From Macrostomum lignano (Eukaryota), in NCBI GenBank assembly GCA_002269645.1, contig NIVC01000549.1, positions 1 through 56,971 of the forward strand: a stretch of 56,971 bases of DNA, in the 5' to 3' direction. The notes beneath the pieces were generated by a model. It saw only the letters and a program-made list of their open reading frames with translations. It had not been told where the DNA came from and did no database searches. Of the stretch, positions 1 to 11,097 are shown piece by piece. Made by a program: the position numbers and the translations under genes. Position 1 is the first letter of the stretch; every line of letters starts with the position of its first letter.

Positions 1-479
1 GCTTCTGCAGCTGGGCGCGATGCTGCAGGTTCTGGTATGGACTAGAAACTTGAACTGGCTGATGAGGCGGAGACTGGCACTGGCCGCTTTACTCCGTCTG
101 CGTAGGGCTTATGGTGGTTATTCGCCTGTTGAGCTGTAGTTGTTGCTGTAACCGTTCGCTGCTTCTGACGCTGCAGCTGTTGCTGCTGCTGTTGCTTCTG
201 CAGCTGCTGCTTGTTTCCAGGACGAAACCGGGTCGTAGCGGACGCTTCAGCTTTCTAGTGCTCGGCCGCTTTTTAGCATCTGTGCTGGACGATTTTGAAG
301 TCTGCGTCGACAAGTTGAAGTCGATACGGCGACGGGACGGCGAAACAGACGATTGATGAAGGGGCGGCGGCGCTGCCGGCTGCAGTGACGTGTGCAGACG
401 GGCCAACAGCCGAGTGGCTTCGCCGGCTTCAACACAGAGACGCAGACGCAGCGCGCTGATCTCGCAATGTGCCAGCGTG

Positions 480-2121
480 TCAACGGCGCTGACCAGGTGG
501 GCCGCCGAGACACCGCCGCTTCGGCTCGTCGCGCGGTGGCCTCGTCGTTGCAGCCGCCTCGGATTCGACAAAAGCCGCCTGCATCGCCAAGCAGCGCAGG
601 CAGCTGTCGATGACTTGTTCGGCCAGCTGACGACACTCCGAGTCTCTCGCCGCCGTCGCCGCTGCGGCAGCTTTCGCCAAATTGGCAACAATGCCGTTTG
701 CATCGCGTCCGAATCGATCGAATCGACGCGGCATCAACAAGCGACAGTCGTCAACGCGAGGTTGGGAATTTTCGCGTAACCTGCGGCAAAAGACGGGTTG
801 ATAGAAGTGGTAAGTGTGTAAGGTAGGACCATGGTCGGTAAGGTAGGACCGTGTGTCGGTAAGGTAGGACCGTGTGTCGGTAAGGTAGGACCGTGTGTCG
901 GAAAGGTAGGACCGTGTGTCGGTAAGGTAGGACCGTGTGTCGGTAAGGTAAGACCGTGTGTCGGAAAGGTAGGACCGTGTGTCGGTAAGGTAGGACCATG
1001 TGTCGGAAAGGTAGGACCGTGTGTCGGAAAGGTAGGACCGTGTGTCGGAAAGGTAAGACCGTGTGTCGGAAAGGTAGGACCGTGTGTCGGTAAGGTAAGA
1101 CCGTGTGTCAGAAAGGTAGGACCGTGTGTCGGTAAGGTAGGACCGTGTGTCGGTAAGGTAAGACCGTGTGTCGGAAAGGTAGGACCGTGTGTCGGTAAGG
1201 TAGGACCGTGTGTCGGTAAGGTAGGACCGTGTGTCGGAAAGGTAGGACCGTGTGTCGGTAAGGTAGGACCGTGTGTCGGTAAGGTAAGACCGTGTGTCGG
1301 TAAGGTAGGACCGTGTGTCGGAAAGGTAGGACCGTGTGTCGGAAAGGTAGGACCGTGTGTCGGAAAGGTAGGACCGTGTGTCGGTAAGGTAGGACCGTGT
1401 GTCGGAAAGGTAGGACCGTGTGTCGGAAAGGTAGGACCGTGTGTCGGAAAGGTAGGACCGTGTGTCGGTAAGGTAAGACCGTGTGTCGGAAAGGTAGGAC
1501 CGAATGTCAATAAGGTTTGGCAGTGTCCGGTAATGAGCTTGTCTTTGTAATGAAGGATTGTGTGTGAGTGTGCGTATTTTCTGGACTATTAATTTAGGGA
1601 ACAATTTGTTGACATTTTATAAGTAAGATTATACGCTCGTAATGTACTTGATTTCAATATTAATACATGTCTGCGTGGGACAATGGCGTCAAAGGCGCTG
1701 CGCTAGGGTGCCCCCCCACAGCCTTCTTCAGATACTACCATTTTTTTTAATTCCGAGAAAGTTCTCTCACCTGCTTCCCATCTGGTCTAATCAGGGTCTG
1801 CTGAAACGGCATCATCGCCATCTGTCCCAGAAAGTACAGTCTCAGCAGGTTCAACGCGCCCAAATAGTTTCCGCGCCTCTCGCGCTGATCGAATGCCAAC
1901 TGCAGCAGACGGTACTTCTCGGCCAGCCTGTCCGGCAGCTTGCCCCAGCTGATTTTGCAGCCGCAGGTGGACTCGATTTTGCGCAGTCGGTGATCGTCTG
2001 GCAAGTCGCTAAACAATGCCTGAGGCAAAGTTTTCTGATAAGCCGGTATGAGGAACGAGGCCCGGAGTACGCGGTCCTGTTGCTGCTGCTGCTTCTGGTG
2101 CTTCGGACCTTTGCTGGTCAT
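480..2121 (-). CDS. Unknown protein of about 224 aa with a possible degenerate KH fold. Proposed exons 2121-1771, 1670-1648 (23-nt micro-exon), 780-480
   Basis: ATG at 2121 opens ORF 1747-2121. Donor CAG|GTGAGA at 1770 and acceptor TTTTGCCGCAG| at 781. Joining these directly gives an early stop; the micro-exon (acceptor CACGCAG|, donor AA|GTACAT) restores the protein-like frame LRENSQPRVDD...AFVESEAA. The 3' end is uncertain (see findings). Confidence 0.5.
820..1501. repeat. 21-bp minisatellite GGTAAGGTAGGACCGTGTGTC, about 32 copies, in an intron of the first gene
   Basis: Direct tandem units visible; explains the periodic ORFs DTRSYLS, THGPTLP and VGKVGPC. Confidence 0.97.
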
Positions 2122-2328
2122 TCTTCTTTTGTGAATCAGTCTGATGTAATCTAACCTATTTAATGCCAGTGCAATGACAGCTTATACACGTTATTAAGTT
2201 CTCGATTGGGGAATATTAAGGTCATCAATTGTCTATGGCTGAGAACTCTAAGTCTAAGGCAGACAATCGGCTGGATAAGTTTTATCAATAGATACGCTCG
2301 TAAGCATGATTAAAGTACGAGCTACGTA

Positions 2329-2533
2329 TACTCAGCCACATTGAAAAGTCGCCACTCTATGCGCCAGTGAGCAATATCTCTTGACCCCACTTCATTTCTC
2401 AACTCAAGTCTTCCGCGGCGTAGCTGCAAGTTGCGTCACTCGCAAAGATTGAGAGACTTTACCTGCACTCAAAAGTGGCGACCACTGACGGAATCTTCTG
2501 TGATGCATGGCGACTTTTCAGTGTTGTTGAGTA
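2329..2533. mobile_element. MITE-like element of about 200 bp with terminal inverted repeats and TA flanks (Tc1/mariner type)
   Basis: TACTCAGCCACATTGAAAAGTCGCCA (2329-2354) matches the reverse complement of 2508-2533 at 23 of 26 positions; no internal ORF. Confidence 0.6.
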
Positions 2534-2689
2534 CATGTATCAGGCTAAATTCCATTGAGCTACAGTTTTTCCGGAAGCATGAAGCTGGAGGCTGCAGCTA
2601 GTTCGGTGACAATACAATACAATAGATACAAGGTCCTCCGACCACAAAGTGGTCAGGAAAAGGGGGGACAATGTCAAAAAAACAGGCTT

Positions 2690-3130
2690 AGTCGCACAGT
2701 CTCTAATAAAGGCAACACCGTTGGCCTGATCAGGCGACTTGGCACCTTCCGTCAACACAGTCGACGAACCTCCGGGTCCGGGCCTGCCCCGCCGGAAGGA
2801 GTTCTGGGCAGTTGACGCGGCACGGATGACGCGACCCGCCAGCTTCAGGCGTCGCTGTCGCAGGGTCATGCTGGGAGGGCCCAGCTTGGCCCGTTGACAG
2901 AGGGCCTGGTTGGTGACGTGCTCGGCGTGACGGTGGATGTTGAAGGTAGCGCGTAGCAGGCTGGAGTGCACCGCGTCCAGTTTTCGCTCTAGGACCTCCG
3001 TTATGGTCCATGTCTCGGCGTTGTAGAGGAGCACCGCTTGCCCCGCTTGGTCTTCAACTGGTCCGACAGGGTGTCGCTTTTGAGCACGACATGCAACTGA
3101 GCGGAAAGTTCGGTGACAGATTCAGGATTA
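2690..3130 (-). mobile_element. 5'-truncated, frameshifted non-LTR retrotransposon (RTE-like LINE) remnant, C-terminal part of the RT ORF
   Basis: VLLYNAETWTITEVLERKLDAVHSSLLRATFNI...HVTNQALCQR...LRQRRLKLAGRVIR matches the typical post-RT LLYGxETW...RRLRxAGH segment. The upstream segment VLKSDTLSDQLKTK is in another frame. Confidence 0.8.
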
Positions 3131-5034
3131 CCGTCAACACTGTACTGCCTTGTAGGCTGCAAGACGGGGTATCCAGGACACACATTAGACACAATTTTTG
3201 GACTGGGCTAGTTCACTGTCTTTTGACGCGCATCGCGTACAACGGAAGCCACTCAAATAATGCGAAGAGGCACGCAAGCCGCTGAATGAATGCCACGTGA
3301 AAGGACGATGCACATTAATTACAAACGCTGAGAACTGTATTAGTCGCGACATGCAGACTATTTATAAACAGCTACATGTACATTACATTTATTTCAAATT
3401 TCATATCATAGAAAACTAAATAGAACAAGGAACATGCAGTAATTTTTGGTGTTGTGGAATTTGGTTCTTATGAAGCCCCAATTCAGTCTCGAGTTTTGCA
3501 TTGATAACACACCTATACAGGCTACCTGTAGGCGGCCTACACCTAAACAATTCAGGGGTTATGGTGTCAAATTTAGGTAGAGGTTTGTTTGGGTATGAAT
3601 CGGATGATACTATAACATAATGTGCAACGAAAAAGTCAGTTTCAATTGTACATATATCTGCTTCTATGAGAGGTAATATATGACGTAATCGGAGAATTGG
3701 AGGGGTCTGTTGCCTGAAGCAAATCTCAATAAATTGTCTTAGCAGGCGACGCCCTGAAACAACGGTTCACAACGTGGGGTGGAGGGGGCAAAAAGCATTG
3801 GCATATCCCCTTACATGTAATAGCTTTTACTGGAGGGACACATGCACATGCAACACGAATACATGTACATTATGTGGGTGGAGTAACAGAGATTTCAATT
3901 TCGGGCATTTCAAGCAAGAGTTTGTAAAATTCGGGCGACATCATTCCACAACCCCAGCGCTGACTGTCTAACCGCACACTCTCTGAGCTGTGGTGCTTGG
4001 CCCCTGAAACACTGAAATTAACCAAGGCAAAACAGACAGACAAAACTGAAGAGCATTTTGCGGGATGGAGAATCCAAATTACAATTGAGTCATTTGAACA
4101 CTGCAGCACAGATATTACTGTACCGCAACTAGTGCATTGTGTTGCTAAACAATATATAATATAAGTTAATAAGTTAATTAATGACATGCAAAATTTAGAC
4201 AAGACAAATACTACTACTAGTAAGTAAGCAAGCACGAATATAATATTTTTGAAGTGTTCGATACAGAAATATTTTCATTTTGTTTTAAAACAAACAGAAA
4301 CAAATGAATGAAAAAATATTGACTTACAGTGGGTAGCATTTAGAAATGAAAGAAACAGCGTTTCAAACTAAGTTTATAAAATGATTGCACGAAGCTTATC
4401 TAGCTACTCACTAATGGGGATTTTCATTGTGATTTAATTAGCAACAAAATTATTGCCAGCCAGAGAGCAATTTTGACCATAAAAAATAAAGAAAAGCCCA
4501 ACTTGAGGCAAAGTTTATGAAATTTAGAACAAAACACATTGAAGTAAGCACAACTAGTCTATTAATTAATAATTGTTACTATAATAATACTTTACCGCCA
4601 ATTGACAAAATAATATTTATAGTTTTGTTTTAACAAAATAAATAATGGCATTTATATTAGACAAGCAAATTAACAAAAAGCAAAACCACCATAGCAACAA
4701 GAACAATACAGAAATACTACAGAAATAGAGACAGAGCATTGCAAAGGTGCCAAGTTATAGAGAAAGCTGACTGACGTACTGCATGCAGTAGTATATTCAG
4801 CTGCAGTAAAATGTGTGTTTTCACTGTGTTAAGCAAATGATTATTCTAGTTTTAAACTACTTGCAATGGACTACTTACACAGAATTAAATAATACCAAAG
4901 GTGACAATTGCATTCATCAATTGTTAATAAGCTCCTGTCAAAGTCTGCTTAACTTTGCAACTCTTTTTTGAAGCAAAACAGTATGGTCATTATTTGCCTC
5001 AAACTATAAAATAGCTTACAGTGTTCATGCAGCA

Positions 5035-8000
5035 TCATTTCGTTGGCGATGAAGAGCTTCTACTAACAGCGGAAACACTCGAAGAAGCAGTCGAAGCAGA
5101 AACGGTATTAGCGGCGGCTTCTCCACCGGGTGGTGACGAAGTCGAACTTGAAGTAGCCGCAGCCGTAGTAGTATTACTATTAGTCGACAGGACACCCTGC
5201 GGCATCTGCAGAATTGTACTCTTCTTCAACAAGCTCATGGGAAACACGGCCGCTTGTCGTTGCAGATCTGTGGTGCGCTGAGCAGCCGCCAGAACTAGAA
5301 CTGGCGGAGCAACCGATGCAGTTGGAGTTGCAGCAGTCCCAGCCGAAGTTGCTGCGGAGGCGACAGCAGTTCGCAGAACGGACACTTTACCGTGAACAAT
5401 ACCAATTGGTGCAGTGGAGGTTGGCGCAGAACCGGGACTGCTACTAATGCTGGTAGCACTACTGCTAGTAGCCACTGCGGGATGGTTAGCTACAGGAGAC
5501 TGAGTTGCAGATGCCTGATTTGACACTTCCTGCTGTTGCTGCTGCTGTCCTCTAGTAGCCCATTTGGGCACCGACACACTATAGGGAAACATGATTCTTT
5601 TGTTGCCAGCAGCAGCAGCAGTAGCAGCAGCTGTAGCGCTTGAAGCAGACACAATGGTATTGGCCGCATCTGCTGCTACTACTGCTGTATTGCCAGGTGC
5701 CGCGATGCTAGCGACTGTTGGAGCCGCAACGGCCGCCGCGCCGGCCCGTCCAAGGTGATCAATCAGTCGACCGCGTGTCTGCTCCAATTCATCCTGCCGC
5801 TGCTGCTCCATCTTCAGCTTCACATTCATGTACTCTTTGAAGCTGACACGAAACGGTTGAGCAGACACAGCCGATTGAGTAGTCAGTTCGCTGCTGCTAG
5901 ATGGAGCACCTACTGAGGCGCTATCGAATACGCTGGACACATTGTCGCCACTAGTCGGTCGTGAGTTTGGATTGCGAATTTTAACCGAAGTGACAGTGTA
6001 ACTACTACTAGACGCTGGAGTAGCAGTAGTAGCAGACGATGCAGCCACACCTTGAAGAAGCAATTGCTGCTGTTGCTGTTGCATAGTTTTAAAACTATTC
6101 TTAATAATAGCCGTGGTCTTGGGAAACTGCTGCACCATTCTGACGGACGACGGCGCCTGATGGACCTGATGCGTAGGTGCTACTGGGGACTCCAGCTGGC
6201 TCGAACTTGTCGAACTGGCCAACGAGACAGCTGGTGTCGTTGCGGTGGCGACAGCGGTGGCAGCGGCGTCGGCTCTGGACTGACGATAAGCCGGCCGAGA
6301 CTCCAGCACGCTGTTAATAACCGACTCAAGATTGGGATGATTGCCCTCGATAAACAGAGTGTCGCCTTCCGGTAAGACAATCATAGATTTGCGTTTAGGA
6401 CCTTGGCGCGGCTGTTCGGTCTGATTGGACGCGCTGACGTGTACATTAAACACTCGATTCGGTGCCGGCATTCGAATTGTTGTCGAAGTTGACGCCGCAG
6501 CGGTTGCGGTGGCAACTGGTGCTGCTGTTGTAGAAGACGCTGTAGACAACTGCGGGGGCTGCTGCGGCTGCTGCATTGGTAGGATGGACCGGAACAGGGA
6601 GTTGCCCGAGCTAACAGGAGCCAGCCGAGTCAGATTAGGAGAGGCCACAGGCACCCGTTGATAAGGCTGCGAGCTCAGTGATGCCCCGCTAGGATGCCGT
6701 AGCACAATGCCAGGATAGGCTGGTCGAACCTGACAATGCCGTTGTGCTGGAGCAGCGGCCTGTTGATTCGGCTGAGCAGAGAGTACACCGACAGGTACAG
6801 CCGACTGACTACCAGATCCGTGACGTAGATGCACAGTCTGCGTTGGCAACAGCGATGGAGAATGTGGCTGCTGATGCTTCTGATGCTGGCTCTGCTGTTG
6901 ACGGCGTTGCATCTTTAGCAGCTCAAATGCTGTCGGTTGGCGCGGCTGAGGAGGCGGCGGCGGGGGCGGAGGCGGCGGCGGAGGCTGTTGCTGTTCCTGC
7001 TGTTGTAGCATCGCAACAGCGGCTTCCGTTTCTGCTTCCGGTGCGTTGCCGTCGCTTCCAGTTGAACTAGCTGACGCGGCGCCGGTGGCAGCAGCGGCCG
7101 CCGCTTTCTCGATTCGAACATAGCTGATGGCAGCTTTGACCTCCTCGGAGGTGAACTGGGCAACGCCGGCGCTGCTGCAAGCGGCAGTCGCAGTAGCGTT
7201 AGCAGACACAGAAGCAGACAGATTAGCAATAGCGGCCTTCTCTTCGGCAGTTTCCTCTTCGGCATCCTCAGCATTTGAGCTGGAGCTCTCCCAATTATCA
7301 GCGCTGTCTAACATCCTGCGAATGCTGCGAATAACATTGGACTTTCTCTGGACAAGAACGGCACAGAACACCAGGCCTGTACTGTTCACCAGTTTGTGCT
7401 TCACCGCGCGCAATTTAAAAGACGAATCGTCTAAACGTTCCTGCAAAGTTTCTAAATCGCCCAGGCTCAAATCTACAACGTTAACAATGAACTTGTCGAA
7501 CGGCATTGAGCGTTGAATTTCAACGTCGCAGCTCAGATCGTTAGTGAGCGCCTGCAGCTCCCTGGTCAGGCTGTGCGACAGTGGAAATGCGGGCGTCACG
7601 CCGCTGCCAAAAATCTGCTTCCGCTCCTGCCGGCCGGCGCCGCTCGATGTCGATTTCGGCACCGTGGACGGATCGTTGTTGTCCGCTTGCTGATTCTCCG
7701 ACTTGATGCCGGTGTCAACTGTTGCCGAGTTGTTGTTGTCAGGGAACTCTTTGGCATCTCCGCCACCATCAGCAGCGGCAGTGCTGGACCACGGCAAGCT
7801 TAGCGGCGACATTGGCTGCTTCTGTAGGCGCTTCTTTTTCTTCTTATTGCCGCCGGTTGATTGCTGCCACAGTTTGTTCAATTGGGTTTCAACGCCGACT
7901 GGTGCGTGCCGCTTCTTGTCACTGTCCATGATGCTGACCTTCGGCTTGGCGCCGCCGGGCATCGCCGCCTGGTCTCTTTGCTGCTGCTTCCGCTCCTCGC

Positions 8001-11000
8001 TAAACATGTTCCACTGCAGCAGTTTCGATCTGAGATCAACTTTACGCTTCGATCGGCGAATGCCGCCGTGACCCGAGGCAGACGACACCGAATCGTCTTC
8101 GTTCTCGATTTCCTGCTTCTTCCTTGAAGCCGCCGCCGCCGCCGCCGCTGTGCCGACTTGACGACGCTTACCGAATCGGCGAATGGCAACCCGCGGCTCC
8201 CGCTTGATCATGGACTGATGCCGATCTTCGGAGCTCTGCAGTGCTTCCGGTCGAGTCTGCTGCTTTCGTCGTTGCAGACTCTGCTTCTCGCTAGCAGGAT
8301 CGTCTGTCTGACCCTGAGCCAGACCGGCCACTTCGAATCCTTGCGAGCCGCTGGAAGCAGTTGATTTGGCCGTGCCAGCCGGTTCAACGGAACTGGCAAC
8401 GCCTTCAGAGTCCTCGCCATCGTCCGGCTCTTCATCCAGCAGCTCCTCCTCGTATTCCTCTTCGAAGTCGTCCTCGGACAGAACTCCGCCAAGCGAGTCG
8501 CTGGCCACGTCGGCATCTTTGACAAACTTAGCGGAGCCCGGGTGCAGGCTGAAAGTCGGCTGGCTGGACGCCCGAAGGTTTGGCTGCCGGCAGAGCGGCC
8601 ACAGTCGATGCCGATGCTCCTGCCCGGCGTGACGCCGTCGACCTCCCGTTGTTGTTTTCGAACTTGAAGCGGTTGCTAGGCCGGTTGCTAGGCGACGACG
8701 CTTCTGCTGTTCCATGGAGGAGGCGGCGGCGGCTGCGGCGTTAGCAACTTGAGCAGCCTGCTTCTGCTGCCGGACCTCCTCCTTGGAGATGTACTTGCCG
8801 TTGTGCAGCACCAGGATGTTGGGGTCGGGCTTGCGCTTGTGCACGTGACGGCAGAGCCGCATTGGCTGGCGAGACGATGTGGCTCGGTGAAGCTGCAGCC
8901 GGAGCGCCTGGCCCTGCATAGCGGGTGGGTGGAGACTCAAGCTTTGAGGTCTACGATAGAGAGGTCTATCTAAAACTGGGTTGATCCAACTAAAACGGAC
9001 ATCTATCTAAAACTGAGGTCTAACTAAAAACCTGGGTCTCTCTAAAACTAAGGTCTATCTAAAACTAAGGTCAATCTAAAAATGGGGTCTATCTAAAACT
9101 GAGGTCAATCTAAACCTGAGGTCAATCTAAAAATGGGGTCTATCTAAAACTGAGGGTCTATCTAAAACTCAAAAACTGTGGGTCTACCTAAAACTGAGGT
9201 CTAACTTAAAACCAGGGTCTCTCTAAAATTGAGGTCAATCTAAATCTGGCGTCTATTTCAAACTGACAAGATCTGTCTGAAATTCTGAAAAAAAGAGTGT
9301 AAAACTCAGACGATCTATCTAACATCCAGCGGGGCTGCTAACTCAAAACGCAGAAACTGCGAAACAAACCTGGATAGCTTCCCGGATAGCCTGCCCAGCC
9401 TCAGATGGCACCAGGCCAAGACAGGCCAGGCCGGCTACTTTTGCTTCGGCCTCGGCGTTGACTTCGCCAGGATCGATCAGGGAGCAGGCCCGGTAGCCGG
9501 CTGGGCACACGTCTCGCAGTGACGATACCAGCCTGTGAATTTGAGAGCACCATTAGTCTCTTTTATTCGGGAGATAAGAATATAGGGGATTAGGAACATA
9601 GAGATCAGGCATGGGGACATGACTATTCGACACCTCTGATCTTCAATACCCAAATGCTGTACGTCCCTGATCCCCAATATCATTAATCCCGTGTGTCCCT
9701 GATCCCCAATATCCTTAATCCCGTGTGTCCCTGATCCCCAATATCATTAATCTCGTGTGTCCCTGATCCCCAATATCCTTAATCCCGTGTGTCCCTGATC
9801 TCCAATATCCTTAATCCCGTATTTCCATGATACCCAGTATCCTTAATCACGTGTGTCCCTGATCCCCAATATTCCAAATCCCGTAGGTCCCTGATCCCCA
9901 ATATCCTTAATCCCGTGTGTCCCTGATTCCCAATATTCCAAATCCCGTAGGTCCCTGATCCCCAATATCCTTAATCCCGTGTGTCCCTGATTCCCAATAT
10001 TCCAAATCCCGTAGGTCCCTGATCCCCAATATCTCAAATCATGTACGTCCCTGAACCCCAAAATCTATAATCTCCAGTTTCTGATCCCCCATATCCTAAA
10101 TCATACATATCTCAAATCTTCTATTTCATTGATGCTAATCCCCTACATCTTCAATCGCATTCTCATGTGCTTCCTATCTGTTTTACCTTATGTATATTAA
10201 TCTTTCTACTCTAAACTTTCCATCATTCTGCTGGTTCTAACAGTTCGTGATTGTCTTGTACTTTATCTTTCATAATAATTTATGTACCAAGATTACAGGT
10301 AAGTCAAATAACATCCCTAGCACACAAAGAAAGACTATTAACATGAAAATACAATTTAATTTAACCAACCGTTTCAATTGCTTATTGCACTCCAATGTGT
10401 CTGTAGACCGTCTCCCTGGTAACGAAGAGATAGCGTCCCTAGCAGCGGCGGCGGCTGCTAAAACCTCGGCATCGTTTGAGCTCAGCCTGCGAAGCCTAAC
10501 AACAACATTGGTATCGAGGCTACGACGCTGAGCAGCCAATGGCAGCAGAGGAGCCTGTTGCTCCTGTTTCTGAGCCTGCTCATCACTAGCCTGATCTTTT
10601 AAAGCGGCGGCTTTGCGCCTCAGTTGCTGCTGGCGCTCCTCGTATTGATGCATCACCTTCATTGGCACCTGCAGAGCTTTAGTTGGCGGTCGGCCCACAG
10701 ACCGTCGCTGGGTGACAGGCCGCGAAATTTTATCAGGATTTGGCGGTCGGCCGCGCTTTGACGGCTTAGTAGATTGGTTGGACAAGCCAGCCGCTTCTGC
10801 GGCGGGATCTTGGCTGACACTGGGACTGGCAGCTCTGCCAGCTGTTGAAGTTCGAGCTCGCTTGGCTGGCCGGGAGATGGCGGCCATGGCAGCTGCGGCC
10901 AGACCAGTCAGGGGGCCGCCAAGGAGTCGCTTTTTAGCCAGGCGATCTGACTTCTTCACTGGGGTTGGCGAGGTAGCAGCAGTGCTAGAGGTAGCCATGG

Positions 11001-11097
11001 AGGCTGTGGCAGGGACAGAGACATCGCCAGCTTCAGATGGGGCGCCAGATGAAGACTTGCAACTGTTGCTGCCACCTGGCTGAGTTTTTGTTCGCAT
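5035..11097 (-). CDS. Large low-complexity (Ala/Gln/Ser) putative nuclear protein with AT-hook-like motifs, about 1589 aa. Exons 11097-10370, 9532-9370, 8913-5035
   Basis: ORFs 10270-11097 and 5035-8940 are joined by a 163-nt middle exon (LVSSLRDVCPAG...IREAIQ) with consistent phases 2 and 0 and canonical GT-AG ends; total 4770 nt. KRGRPP and SVGRPP in exon 1; several basic NLS-like clusters. Confidence 0.8.
8960..9260. repeat. Degenerate 17-20-bp tandem repeat (GTCTATCTAAAACTGAG core) in intron 2 of the AT-hook gene
   Basis: Repeated TCTATCTAAAACT / TCAATCTAAAA units. Confidence 0.8.
9660..10090. repeat. 32-bp minisatellite CCCTGATCCCCAATATCCTTAATCCCGTGTGT in intron 1 of the AT-hook gene
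   Basis: Units start at 9665, 9697 and onward, with variant units. Confidence 0.92.

Noticed and set aside
480-1604. Long periodic ORFs on both strands (374, 258 and 239 aa)
   Set aside because: They are translations of a 21-bp stop-free minisatellite inside an intron; only 480-780 is likely exonic.
5021-8973. Numerous + strand ORFs opposite the large exon, and similar antisense ORFs over WIP, centlein and ADPRH exons
   Set aside because: Expected shadows of GC-rich coding sequence, with no independent motifs.
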